Positions 41,101 through 51,128 of a DNA stretch of 64,000 nucleotides are shown here, in pieces (position 1 is the first letter of the stretch; each line of letters begins with the position of its first letter). This stretch comes from an uncultured Candidatus Binatia bacterium (GTDB taxonomy: Bacteria > Desulfobacterota > Binatia > UBA9968 > JAJDTQ01): contig OZ251459.1 in assembly GCA_965242525.1 (NCBI GenBank), positions 2,144,001 through 2,208,000 on the forward strand, given 5' to 3'. The notes under the pieces are model-generated. The model worked only from the letters and a program-made list of their open reading frames with translations, was not told the origin of the DNA and ran no database searches. A program made the position numbers and the translations under genes.

Positions 41101-42861
41101 ATGCGGTTCAGCGACGCGGACATCGAGCACCGGTTGCGCTTGGGCGAGGACAGCGCCTGGGAGTTCAAGCAGGTCGAGTTCGCCGGGAACCGTCCGAGCC
41201 GCCCGAGCCGGGACGACTGGGCGGACGAGATCGCGGCGTTCGCCAATGCGCGCGGCGGCGTGTTGCTCTGCGGCGTCAGCGACGATGGACAGGCGCAGGA
41301 CATGTCGCGGGAGCAGATGGCCGCACTGGATGCCTTGCTCGTGGAAGTCAGCACCGATTCCATCAAACCGCCGGTACGCGTCCAGACATGGCACAGGATG
41401 CTGCCGGAGGGCAGGCGGGTGCTGCTGCTCGAAGTCCCGGAGAGCGACTCGCAGCACGACAGCCCTGGCGGAAGCTACCTTCGAGTAGGCGCCTCGAAGC
41501 GCAGGATGACGAACGACGAGCGATTGCGTCTGGCGCAGCGGCGGGGACAGGCGCGGTTCCGCTGGTTCGACGAACAGACCGTCCCGAATACGGGCTTCCG
41601 AACGCTGGACGAGTCCCTGTGGCGGCATCTGCTCAGCGCCGAGGGCGCGGCGAATCCCGAGGCGGCGCTTGAAAAACTGGCGCTCCTGGCGCCCGACGAG
41701 GCCGGGGTCATGCGGGCAACCGTGACCGGCGTGTTGCTGTGCACCCGGAACCCGGAGGAGCGGCTGCCCAACGTCGGCATTACGGCGACGCACTATCGGG
41801 GAAGGGACCGCGCCTCCGGCCAGATCGACGCACGCGAGATCGGCGGCCCGCTGGACCAGCAGGTTGCGGACGCGATGGTCTTCGTGGCGCGGAACATGCG
41901 GGTGGCGGCGCGCAAGGAGCCGGCCCGCGTGGACGTGCCGGAATACAGCGACCGTGCGCTGTTCGAAGCCCTGGTCAACGCAGTGGCGCATCGCGACTAT
42001 TCCATGCGCGGCAGCCGCATCCGGCTTTCCATGTTCGAAGACCGCCTGGAGATCCAGTCGCCCGGCTCGCTGCCGAACAACCTGACGGTGGACAGCATGG
42101 CGACGCGGCAAGCCGCCCGCAACCAGACGTTGACCTCCGTGCTCGGGCGCATGCCGGTGGGAGGAATCCGGGGTTCCGAGGAAAGACGGTATTTCATGGA
42201 ACGGCGCGGGGACGGCGTTCCGATCATCCTGCGCGAAACCCGGGGGCTTTGCGGGAGACCGCCCGAATACCGGGTGATCGACGACGCGGAAGTCTGCCTC
42301 GTCATTCCCGCGGCGCCGCAGGAGCCGAGCCCCGTCCGCGCCGTCGTCAGCGTGCAGTGCGCCGGGAAGCCGCTGGCGGATGTGGACGTGCTGGCGCTGT
42401 TTCCCAACGACACATGGAAACGCGCCGCCACCGACGAACACGGAGAGGCGCGCCTGGAACTGCACTCCGGCCGTCTGCCGATGACGGTGTTCGCCGCGGC
42501 AACGGGTTTCTCCGCCCATGTCCGTCTCGACTGGCTGCCCGCGGAGGAGGGCCGTCTCCGTCTCGAACTGGATGCCTTGCCCGGCGGCGGCGCAGTCATC
42601 CTCACCGAGGACACCGGCGCGCTCCCGGGGCTCAAGGGAACGTTGAATCCCGTCCGCGACGCCCTCGACCGCACCTGGCTGTACGCCTCCAACATCGCCG
42701 TCAACCAGGGCCAGCCCCAGCCCGTGCACTTCATTCCCGGCGAAGACCTGCGCCTCACGGACGCCGACGGAAACGAGGCGTGGGCGCGTATCGTCGCCGT
42801 CACCGGCAGGTCGTCGCTGGTGGAGTACCGCCCGGCGGCGAAGCAGGGTCAAGTGAAGTAG
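41101..42861 (+). CDS. Schlafen/AlbA_2 domain + HATPase_c_4-like domain + extra C-terminal domain
   Basis: GEDSAWEFK, IAAFANARGGVLLCGVSDDG, EALVNAVAHRDY, MERRGDG. Confidence 0.82.
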   Translation: MRFSDADIEHRLRLGEDSAWEFKQVEFAGNRPSRPSRDDWADEIAAFANARGGVLLCGVSDDGQAQDMSREQMAALDALLVEVSTDSIKPPVRVQTWHRMLPEGRRVLLLEVPESDSQHDSPGGSYLRVGASKRRMTNDERLRLAQRRGQARFRWFDEQTVPNTGFRTLDESLWRHLLSAEGAANPEAALEKLALLAPDEAGVMRATVTGVLLCTRNPEERLPNVGITATHYRGRDRASGQIDAREIGGPLDQQVADAMVFVARNMRVAARKEPARVDVPEYSDRALFEALVNAVAHRDYSMRGSRIRLSMFEDRLEIQSPGSLPNNLTVDSMATRQAARNQTLTSVLGRMPVGGIRGSEERRYFMERRGDGVPIILRETRGLCGRPPEYRVIDDAEVCLVIPAAPQEPSPVRAVVSVQCAGKPLADVDVLALFPNDTWKRAATDEHGEARLELHSGRLPMTVFAAATGFSAHVRLDWLPAEEGRLRLELDALPGGGAVILTEDTGALPGLKGTLNPVRDALDRTWLYASNIAVNQGQPQPVHFIPGEDLRLTDADGNEAWARIVAVTGRSSLVEYRPAAKQGQVK

Positions 42862-42878
42862 AGGGGAGAGATTTCGCC

Positions 42879-43112
42879 ATGCTCACGTCCGCGATTACCT
42901 CGAAGGGCCGGACGACGCTGCCCAAACCGGTTCGGGAGGCCCTTGGAGTGGGGGCCGGAAACCGTGTGCGCTACGTCATCCTCGACAACGAGGTTCGGGT
43001 TCTGCCCATGCGGCCCATCGGGCGGTTGTTCGGCGCACTGAAGCACGACGGCCCGCGGGTTACGGTGGAGGACATGGAACGCGCCATCACGGAAGGGGCG
43101 TGCGAGGAATGA
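42879..43112 (+). CDS. AbrB/MazE-type antitoxin (cognate toxin lost)
   Basis: SAITSKGRTTLPKPVREALGV; SD GAGGGGAG upstream; not listed as a separate ORF in the track. Confidence 0.8.
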   Translation: MLTSAITSKGRTTLPKPVREALGVGAGNRVRYVILDNEVRVLPMRPIGRLFGALKHDGPRVTVEDMERAITEGACEE

Positions 43113-44440
43113 GCGCGTTGGACACCAACTCCGCAGCCAGTAGAAAACCGCCGGCTAGCTGGCTCTATCGTCCACTGTTTCCGGCTCATTGGGAGCGCAG
43201 GCCACTTTACTCCATGGCGCAATGGGTCAACGGACTGGCCTATCGGAATATCGAGTTCAGTGCGGCGGGACGCCCGATTATCAAGATCGCAGAGATCAAG
43301 GGCGGCATCTCGGATCAAACCAGGTTTACATATCAAAACTTCGACGAATCGGTACGCGTGCGTGCAGGCGACCTATTGTTTTCCTGGTCTGGACAGCCGG
43401 AAACTTCCATTGATGCGTTCCGGTGGCGTGGTCCGGAAGGCTGGTTGAACCAACATATCTTTCGTGTCACTCCCGCCGCCGGAATCGATGCCACCTTCTT
43501 TTTCTATCTCTTGCGATACCTGAATGCTCATTTCGTTGCCATTGCACGGAACAAGCAGACGATAGGTCTCGGACACGTCACAAAGCACGACCTGGAAAAT
43601 ATCGAGGCGGCTCTACCCGACCGCCAGGAGCAACGCGCCATCGCTCACATCCTGGGCACGCTGGACGACAAGATCGAGTTGAACCGGCGCATGAACGAGA
43701 CGCTGGAGGCCATGGCGCGGGCGCTGTTCCAGTCATGGTTCGTCGATTTCGATCCCGTGCACGCCAAGATGGAAGGCCGTGATACCGGCCTCCCCAAGCC
43801 AATCTCCGACCTCTTCCCCGATCACCTCGTGGATTCCGAGCGTGGCGAGATCCCCGAGGGATGGAAAATCAAGTCCCTGAGAGAATGTTTCCGTCTTACG
43901 ATGGGGCAATCACCCCCGGGCAACACCTACAATGACCGTAGCGACGGGTTGCCTTTCTTTCAGGGACGAACTGACTTCGGGTTTCGATTTCCCGAGAATC
44001 GGAAATTCTGCACTGCTCCAACGCGGGTCGCTCAACCTGGGGATACGCTTGTCAGTGTCAGAGCGCCCGTGGGAGACATCAACATGGCATGGGAAGAATG
44101 CTGCATTGGACGCGGCGTTGCCGCACTCCGGCACCAGTCGGGTTCAAGCTCGTTCACCTATTACTCGGCTTGGGCAGTACAGAACAAAATCAGAGAGTAT
44201 GAGGACACGGGTACGGTGTTCGGAGCCATCAATCGAAAACAATTTGAAGCACTCCAGACGCTGGAACCCTCACCGGATATTGTCAATGCGTTCGACGCCC
44301 AAGCTGGACCGGTAGATGTCCGCATCAGGAACAACGTAACCGAGTCCCGAATCCTTACGACCCTGAGAGAAATCTTGCTGCCCAAGTTGATCTCCGGCGA
44401 AACCCGCCTCCGAGACGCCGCGGAGCAGGCGGATTTGTAG
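43109..44440 (+). CDS. hsdS: Type I restriction-modification specificity subunit, orphan
   Basis: Two TRDs; conserved EQRAIAHILGTLDDKIELN..LFQSWFVDF..GEIPEGW; C-term LLPKLISGE. Confidence 0.92.
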   Translation: MSALDTNSAASRKPPASWLYRPLFPAHWERRPLYSMAQWVNGLAYRNIEFSAAGRPIIKIAEIKGGISDQTRFTYQNFDESVRVRAGDLLFSWSGQPETSIDAFRWRGPEGWLNQHIFRVTPAAGIDATFFFYLLRYLNAHFVAIARNKQTIGLGHVTKHDLENIEAALPDRQEQRAIAHILGTLDDKIELNRRMNETLEAMARALFQSWFVDFDPVHAKMEGRDTGLPKPISDLFPDHLVDSERGEIPEGWKIKSLRECFRLTMGQSPPGNTYNDRSDGLPFFQGRTDFGFRFPENRKFCTAPTRVAQPGDTLVSVRAPVGDINMAWEECCIGRGVAALRHQSGSSSFTYYSAWAVQNKIREYEDTGTVFGAINRKQFEALQTLEPSPDIVNAFDAQAGPVDVRIRNNVTESRILTTLREILLPKLISGETRLRDAAEQADL

Positions 44441-44448
44441 GCCATCCC

Positions 44449-44667
44449 ATGAAAAACCAATCGAAGTATTCCAGTTCCGAGACCATCGCCGAGACTTTTC
44501 GATATCTGGGACTTGACGATCCAAAACTGCGCAGTCGATTACGAGGGTTCTCCAAACCGGGGATATCGCCTCCTCGAGTCGAGAGACGCAGCAGCAAACT
44601 TGTCACTCGGAACAACACCGCGCCAGATCAAGGAGACGATCATGCCCAACTGGAATCAACTACTTGA
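44449..44667 (+). CDS. Hypothetical 72-aa protein
   Basis: ORF overlapping the start of the downstream protease. Confidence 0.4.
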   Translation: MKNQSKYSSSETIAETFRYLGLDDPKLRSRLRGFSKPGISPPRVERRSSKLVTRNNTAPDQGDDHAQLESTT

Positions 44668-45368
44668 CGAGATTCGCGCCGCTGGCAGCATGTATGATGT
44701 GGTTCGCCGTCGGTATCTGTCCAGGATCCATGAACTGACCGGTCGAAATGTGATAGTCTATTCCTCAGGTTGGCTTCAAAGAGGCAACTTGCCGGGCGTA
44801 GAGATCAACGATGATGACAAGAACGGATTCATGACCGTCATTCATCAGATGAAGCGCGATATCGGCCTCGATCTTGTCTTGCACACCCCTGGCGGCGATG
44901 CGGCTGCCATCGAATCCATCGTCGATTACCTGCGCTCCATGTTTCAAACAGACATACGGGCGCTCGTGCCACAGCTCGCCATGTCCGGCGGTACGATGAT
45001 TGCATGCGCATGCAAGGAAATATTCATGGGAAAGCAGTCGAGTCTCGGTCCGATTGATCCTCAATTGGGAGGTATTCCAGCCCATGGCTTGGTGGAAGAG
45101 TTCAACCGCGCCAAACTTGTCCATCGAACGATGCCGGGAGATGGGCCTGAAGGTCACCGAACTCGAAAAGAGTCAAGAGCTACAGGACGCGGTACTTTCA
45201 TTGCACCATGCTTGCATGCTCACATTTACAGCTACTTCGGCCTTCAAGATCATCGAAAATCATAGGGGAATTGCATTCATCAAGATGGCACAGCCGGTCC
45301 TGGTCTCCGGGGCGCCGACCGGCAACCCGGAGCCAAGCAGGGCGCCACTGGAGCAACCGGAGAAGTGA
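44642..45368 (+). pseudogene. SDH/S49 Clp-fold serine protease, frameshifted near 45113
   Basis: LVLHTPGG, AMSGGT, LGPIDPQ in one frame; C-term LSIERCREMGLKV..LQDAVLSLHHA..KIIENH in another. Confidence 0.75.
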
Positions 45369-45419
45369 TCGCCTTGGGGAATCGCAAAGCGGCGCTTCGG
45401 CAATCCCGGAGATGGTACA

Positions 45420-46661
45420 ATGATCCCGATGATCCCACAGCCCCATGAACCACCGCGCGTCCAGCGCTTGAAAGTCCGTAACTTCCGCGCCTTGCGGGAG
45501 GTCGAGATCAGGAACCTGACGCCGATGACGGTGCTGCTCGGTCCCAATGGCAGCGGCAAGTCCACCGTGTTCGACGTGTTTGCGTTCCTCTCGGAGTGCT
45601 TCGCATCCGGACTTCGGCGCGCATGGGACCGTCGCGGCCGGGCCAGGGAGATCAGGACCCGCGACGCCGAAGGGCCGATGACGATCGAGCTTCAATACCG
45701 CGAGCAGCCGAAACCGCCGCTCATCACCTACCACTTGGAAGTGGACGAGCACCGGGGCGCGCCGGTGGTCGTCCACGAATGGCTGCAATGGACGCGGGGC
45801 AGAGCAGGGAAGCCGTTCCGTTTCCTCGAATACCGGAACGGCTTGGGCAAAGCGACCAGCGGCGAGGCGCCCGATGCGGAAGACGAGAGGCGGGAGATCC
45901 CGCTCAAATCGCCTGATCTGCTGGCGGTCAACGCGCTTGGGCAGTTCCAGGAACACCCGCGCGTGGCGGCGCTTCGCGACTTCATCATGGGCTGGCACGT
46001 TTCGTACCTCTCCGCAGACAGTGCGCGCGGCCAACCCGAAGCGGGGCCGCAGGAACGGTTGACCACCACCGGCGACAACCTCGCCAACGTGGTCCAGTAC
46101 CTGAGCGAGCAGCATCCGGCGCGGCTCGACGCCGTCTTCGAGACGCTGCGCAGGCGCGTGCCTCGTATCGATCGCATGTGGACCGAGCTCATGCCGGACG
46201 GCCGGCTGTTGCTGCAAATCAAGGACGCCCCGTTCAGCCACCCGGTTCTGTCGCGCTTCGCCTCCGACGGCACACTGAAGATGCTGGCCTACCTGGTGCT
46301 GCTGCACGACCCGGAACCGCCGCCGTTCATCGGTATCGAGGAGCCGGAAAACTTCCTGCACCCGCGGTTGCTTCCCGAGTTGGCGGAGGAGTGCCGCGCG
46401 GCCTGCGAGCGCACGCAGTTGATGGTCACTACCCACTCGCCGTTCTTCCTGAACGCGCTGAGACCCGAGGAAGTCCGCGTCCTGTGGCGCGACGAAGCGG
46501 GCCATACGCGGGTGCAGCGGGTCGCCGACCTGGACCGTGTCCGTGCTTTCGTGGATGAAGGCGCACTGCTCGGCGATCTGTGGATGGAAGGCCAGTTCGG
46601 CGTGGGCGATCCGTTGACCCGGCATGGAGCTCCGGCGCGCGGCAGCGGAGATCGTCGATGA
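45420..46661 (+). CDS. ABC-type ATPase (AAA_21/COG4637-like)
   Basis: [27 protein letters not shown]. Confidence 0.88.
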   Translation: MIPMIPQPHEPPRVQRLKVRNFRALREVEIRNLTPMTVLLGPNGSGKSTVFDVFAFLSECFASGLRRAWDRRGRAREIRTRDAEGPMTIELQYREQPKPPLITYHLEVDEHRGAPVVVHEWLQWTRGRAGKPFRFLEYRNGLGKATSGEAPDAEDERREIPLKSPDLLAVNALGQFQEHPRVAALRDFIMGWHVSYLSADSARGQPEAGPQERLTTTGDNLANVVQYLSEQHPARLDAVFETLRRRVPRIDRMWTELMPDGRLLLQIKDAPFSHPVLSRFASDGTLKMLAYLVLLHDPEPPPFIGIEEPENFLHPRLLPELAEECRAACERTQLMVTTHSPFFLNALRPEEVRVLWRDEAGHTRVQRVADLDRVRAFVDEGALLGDLWMEGQFGVGDPLTRHGAPARGSGDRR

Positions 46662-47275
46662 CGGCCGCGCGGCACCTGGAGTTCCTGGTCGAAGAACAGT
46701 CGATGGAGGCTTTTCTGCGAGGACTGCTACCGCGCCTGCTTCCCGAAGGCTGCACGTTCGAAATTCGTGTATTCCAAGGCAAACGCGATCTGATGCGACG
46801 ACTCGATAGTCGTCTGCGCGGCTACAGACACTGGCTGTCCGATGAATACCGGCTCGTGGTGATGGTCGATTGCGACCGTGACGATTGCCGAACGCTCAAG
46901 GCGCGGCTCGAAGATGCGGCAGCCGGTTCGGGACTGCACACTCGTTCGCGAGCCGAAGATGACCGCTGGCAGGTGCTCAACCGCATCGTGATCGAAGAAC
47001 TGGAGGCGTGGTATTTCGGCGATTGGGAAGCTGTGCGCAACGCCTTTCCCCGAGTGTCTTCCACAATCCCGAATAAACCGCGTTACGGGAAACCCGACGC
47101 GATCCCGGACACATGGGAGGAATTCGGGCGCATACTGAAAAAGCACGGATACCACAGGGCCGGGCTGCGCAAGATCGAAGCCGCACGGCTCATCGCGCCG
47201 AAGATCAATCCGGCGCGCAACCGTTCGCCGAGCTTTGCGGCCTTTCGCGATGTCCTCGCCGAGGCGACCGCATGA
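46658..47275 (+). CDS. DUF4276 family protein
   Basis: [38 protein letters not shown]; ATGA-coupled to the ATPase. Confidence 0.82.
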   Translation: MTAARHLEFLVEEQSMEAFLRGLLPRLLPEGCTFEIRVFQGKRDLMRRLDSRLRGYRHWLSDEYRLVVMVDCDRDDCRTLKARLEDAAAGSGLHTRSRAEDDRWQVLNRIVIEELEAWYFGDWEAVRNAFPRVSSTIPNKPRYGKPDAIPDTWEEFGRILKKHGYHRAGLRKIEAARLIAPKINPARNRSPSFAAFRDVLAEATA

Positions 47276-47354
47276 GGCGCCTGCCGACCGGGAGCGGCGG
47301 CGCATAACGGGACGACGGGCGGCGCGGCACAGGGACGGCGCAAGGACAGAATCG

Positions 47355-48953
47355 ATGACACAATCGGAAACGGGTTCGGACCCGCGCGCAGCGCGGCGGA
47401 AACTCCCCATCGGTATCCAGACCTTCCGCGAGATCCGCGAAGACGGCTGCTACTACGTGGACAAGACCGCCTACGTCCAGCGGCTGGTGGACGAAGGCAA
47501 GCACTACTTCCTGTCGCGTCCGCGACGCTTCGGCAAGAGCCTCCTGGTGGACACCATCAAAGAGCTGTTCGAAGGCAACGAGCCGCTGTTTCGGGGTCTC
47601 GCCATCCACGACAGGTGGGACTGGTCCGCTCCTCGTCCCGTGCTGCGCTTCGACTTCGGGGACGGCGGCTATGACGAACCCGGCCTCGTGCACAAGGAGG
47701 CCGCGGCGCGCCTGGGCGCCCTGGAGCGGGGGTTCGCGGTCGCCCCCCACGACGACATCGCCCCGGCCCGTTTCCGGCACCTGTTGCAGACGCTGCACGA
47801 ACGCACCGGCCGGCGGGCCGCGGTGCTGATCGACGAATACGACAAGCCGATCCTGGACGCGCTGAGGTCGCCGGAGACAGCCCGCGCCAACCGCGACTTT
47901 CTGCACGGGTTGTACTCCGTCATCAAGTCCGCGGACGCACACGTCGAATTCACCCTGCTCACCGGGGTGAGCAAGTTCTCCAAGGTCAGCCTGTTCTCGG
48001 GCTTGAACAACCTCAAGGACATCACCCTGGACCCGCGCTACTCCGCCATCTGCGGCTACACCGAGGCGGACCTCGACACGGTGTTCGCCCCGGAGTTGCT
48101 GGGACTGGACCGGGGCGAGATCCGCCGCTGGTACAACGGCTACGGCTGGCTCGGCGACGAGAAGGTCTATAACCCCTTCGACATCCTCCTGCTCTTCGAC
48201 ACCCGACGGTTCAAGGCATGGTGGTTCGAGACCGGCACGCCGACGTTCCTCATCGACACGCTGCTGGAGCGGGGGGTCGGCTCGCTGGCCCTCGAGGACA
48301 TGCTCGGCGACGATGCCTTGCTGTCCGCCTTCGACGTGGGCGCCATCGCCACCGAGGCGCTGCTGTTCCAGACCGGCTACCTCACCATCCATGACGAACG
48401 GGACGTGGGCGGAGAGGCCGCTTACCGGCTGGGCTATCCCAACCGGGAGGTGCGCCAGAGCCTGAACCGGAGCCTGTTGAGCCGCCTCGCGGACGATCCA
48501 TCCGGCCCGACAGGGCACCGCGTCCGGCTGTACGACCTGTTGCGGGACAACGATTTCGACGGCATGGAGGCGCTGCTCAGGGCATTCTTCGCCGGGATTC
48601 CGTACCAGTGGCATACGAAGAACGACATCGCCGACTACGAAGGCTACTACGCGAGCGTGTTCTACGCCCTGTTCGCGTCCGCGGGGCTGGACATGACGGT
48701 GGAAGACAGCAGCAGCCGCGGGCGGGTGGAACTCACGGTGCGCCTCGACGGCAGCGTGTACCTGTTCGAGTTCAAGGTGGTGGACCCGGCCCCCCCGGGG
48801 TCGTCGGCGCAGCAAAGCGCCGCGATGACCCAGTTGCGCGAGCGGGGCTATGCGGACAAGCACCGGAGTTCCGGCCGGCCGATCCACCTGATCGCAGTGG
48901 AGTTCAGCAAGGAGACCCGCAACCTGGCCGTGTTCGAGGCAGCGCCGGCCTGA
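47355..48953 (+). CDS. AAA-ATPase-like + PD-(D/E)XK nuclease domain protein
   Basis: KLPIGIQTF, YYVDKT, SRPRRFGKS, IDEYDKP, YLFEFK. Confidence 0.88.
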   Translation: MTQSETGSDPRAARRKLPIGIQTFREIREDGCYYVDKTAYVQRLVDEGKHYFLSRPRRFGKSLLVDTIKELFEGNEPLFRGLAIHDRWDWSAPRPVLRFDFGDGGYDEPGLVHKEAAARLGALERGFAVAPHDDIAPARFRHLLQTLHERTGRRAAVLIDEYDKPILDALRSPETARANRDFLHGLYSVIKSADAHVEFTLLTGVSKFSKVSLFSGLNNLKDITLDPRYSAICGYTEADLDTVFAPELLGLDRGEIRRWYNGYGWLGDEKVYNPFDILLLFDTRRFKAWWFETGTPTFLIDTLLERGVGSLALEDMLGDDALLSAFDVGAIATEALLFQTGYLTIHDERDVGGEAAYRLGYPNREVRQSLNRSLLSRLADDPSGPTGHRVRLYDLLRDNDFDGMEALLRAFFAGIPYQWHTKNDIADYEGYYASVFYALFASAGLDMTVEDSSSRGRVELTVRLDGSVYLFEFKVVDPAPPGSSAQQSAAMTQLRERGYADKHRSSGRPIHLIAVEFSKETRNLAVFEAAPA

Positions 48954-48979
48954 AGCGCCCGGCCGTACGGCACGCAACG

Positions 48980-49945
48980 TCACCGCCGCCGCACGTGCGG
49001 GTCCAGGGCGTCGCGCAGGCCGTCGCCCATGTAGTTCACGCTCAGGACCGTGAGCGAGATGGCGAGACCCGGCCAGAGGACCCGGGCGGGGGTGATGCCG
49101 AGGAAGGGCACGCCATCGTAGAGCAACCGGCCCCAGGTGGGGAAATCGGACGGGAAACCGAGGCCCAGGAAGCTCAGGGCGCTCTCGGTGATGATGGCAT
49201 GGGCGATGCCGAGGGTGGCCGCCACCGTGATGGGGTTCAGGGCGTTGGGGAGGACGTGCTTCACGATGACGTGGTGCGGCCCCGCGCCCATGCCGCGGGC
49301 GGCGAGTACGAACTCCCGCTGCTTGACCGAGAGCACCTCCCCGCGAACGATGCGCGCGGTCTGCATCCAGCTCGTCATGCCGATGACCGCGACCACCAGG
49401 ACGAATATCCCGAGCTCCGGTCCCAGGGCGGCGCGCAGCGGGTCCCGGAACAGCATGATGGCCACCAGCAGCAGCGGCAGCACCGGCAGGGCCAGGAACA
49501 GGTCGGTGAGCCGCATGAGCGGACCGTCGAGCCTCCGGAAGAAGCCTGCGGTGACGCCGGCGAACGTCCCCAGTGTCAGTGACAGCACCATTGCGCCGAC
49601 TCCCACCGCGAGCGAGACCCGCCCGCCCGCCAGCACCCGGGCCAACATGTCGCGGCCCAGGTTGTCCGTGCCCATGGGGTGGGCCAGCGACATGCCCCGG
49701 TTCCGGGCCGCGTAGTCGAGGTATTGCGGATCCACGCCGTGGACCGCGGACCCGAGCAGCACCGCCAACGCGACCACCGAGAACACCGCGGCGCCGGCCA
49801 GGGCGCCCTTGTGTCGCAGGAACTGGCGCCACACGTCCCGGGCCGGCGAGGGGCGCGCCGGCGCCGCGGCCGGTCTCCGGTCGAGCGAGGGGCCTCCCGA
49901 TCCCGCGGCCGGTTCCCGGGCGGACTCCGGAACCCCGTCAGTCAT
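48980..49945 (-). CDS. Peptide/nickel ABC transporter permease (DppC-like)
   Basis: HPMGTDNLGRD, EFVLAARGMG, ESALSFLGLG. Confidence 0.92.
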   Translation of the reverse strand: MTDGVPESAREPAAGSGGPSLDRRPAAAPARPSPARDVWRQFLRHKGALAGAAVFSVVALAVLLGSAVHGVDPQYLDYAARNRGMSLAHPMGTDNLGRDMLARVLAGGRVSLAVGVGAMVLSLTLGTFAGVTAGFFRRLDGPLMRLTDLFLALPVLPLLLVAIMLFRDPLRAALGPELGIFVLVVAVIGMTSWMQTARIVRGEVLSVKQREFVLAARGMGAGPHHVIVKHVLPNALNPITVAATLGIAHAIITESALSFLGLGFPSDFPTWGRLLYDGVPFLGITPARVLWPGLAISLTVLSVNYMGDGLRDALDPHVRRR

Positions 49946-50049
49946 GCCGGTCCCTCGAGTCCGGCGCGCCGCGGCGGCATCCGCCTCCGGATGGAACGCC
50001 GTGACCGGCGCCGCGAAGAGGAACCCCGGGAACGCCGCCGTCCAAGACG

Positions 50050-51063
50050 TCAGTCATACCGGATCCTCGGGTCCAGCACGCCGTAGAGGACGTCCGCTGC
50101 CAGGTTGAACGCCACGATCAGCACCGCGAAGAGGAAGGTCACGGTCTGTACGGTGGGGATGTCCGCGCTCTCGATGGCGCCGATGAGCAACTGGCCCACG
50201 CCGTTGATGCGGAATATCTGCTCGGTGATGATGGCCCCTGCGAAGGTGGACGGCAGCCCCAGGGCCGCCACCGTGACCACTGGGATCATGCTGTTGCGCA
50301 GCACGTGGACCAGGACCACCACCGGCTCGGCCAGCCCCTTGGCCCGGGCCGTGCGCACGTAGTCCCGGTTGAGGTTCTCCAGGACCGCGGAGCGCGTGAA
50401 CCGGCTGAGTTGCGCCGCGTTGAACAGGCCCAGCACCGTCACCGGCATGATCATCTGCTTGACCTGGTAGCCGAAGCTCTCCAGGTCCGTCACTCTATGG
50501 GTGGTGTCGTAGATGGACGGCAGCCAGTCGAGGCCGACGCTGAAGACCACGATGAGCACCGTTCCGGTGAAGAACGTAGGGATGGAGAAACCCACCATGG
50601 TGACGAAGGCGCCCACCTGGTCGAAGACCGAATACTGCCGGTAGGCGGAGAAGACGCCCACCGGCACAGCCAGGACCAACGCCGCCAGGTAGGAGAGGCC
50701 CACCACGGTCAGGGTCTGCGGCAGCCGCTCCGCGATCAGGTCCACCACCGGCGCCCGGGTGGACCAGGAGCGCACGCGCAGGCGCTCCGCGGAGTCGCCG
50801 ACCTCGATCCCCCACAGTCGCTCGACGAGGTTGAGGGGCTCGTTGACCATGAACTGGCCGAGCCACCTGAAATAGCGCACGTGGAACGGTTGCCCGAGCC
50901 CCAGGCTCTCCCGGATGGCTTCCCGGGTCTCCGGAGGGATCGTCAGCGGGAGCCGGGCCGTGGGGTCGTTGGGGGCGAGGTCGAGCAGGGCGAAGACGAT
51001 GAAGCTGATGGCCAGCAGCGTCGGGACCGAGAACAGCAAGCGTCTGGCCGCGTACCTGGACAT
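50050..51063 (-). CDS. Peptide/nickel ABC transporter permease (DppB-like)
   Basis: DYVRTARAKGL, HVLRNS, LDPRIR. Confidence 0.92.
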   Translation of the reverse strand: MSRYAARRLLFSVPTLLAISFIVFALLDLAPNDPTARLPLTIPPETREAIRESLGLGQPFHVRYFRWLGQFMVNEPLNLVERLWGIEVGDSAERLRVRSWSTRAPVVDLIAERLPQTLTVVGLSYLAALVLAVPVGVFSAYRQYSVFDQVGAFVTMVGFSIPTFFTGTVLIVVFSVGLDWLPSIYDTTHRVTDLESFGYQVKQMIMPVTVLGLFNAAQLSRFTRSAVLENLNRDYVRTARAKGLAEPVVVLVHVLRNSMIPVVTVAALGLPSTFAGAIITEQIFRINGVGQLLIGAIESADIPTVQTVTFLFAVLIVAFNLAADVLYGVLDPRIRYD

Positions 51064-51128
51064 GGACGGGACCCGTGCGCCCTACCGGCCGGGGAGGGCG
51101 CGGGAGGAGTTGCCGTGCGGGTCCCGGA

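Noticed and set aside
39192-48953. Integron cassette array
   Set aside because: No integrase, and intergenic gaps are mostly too short or overlapping to hold attC sites; none recognised
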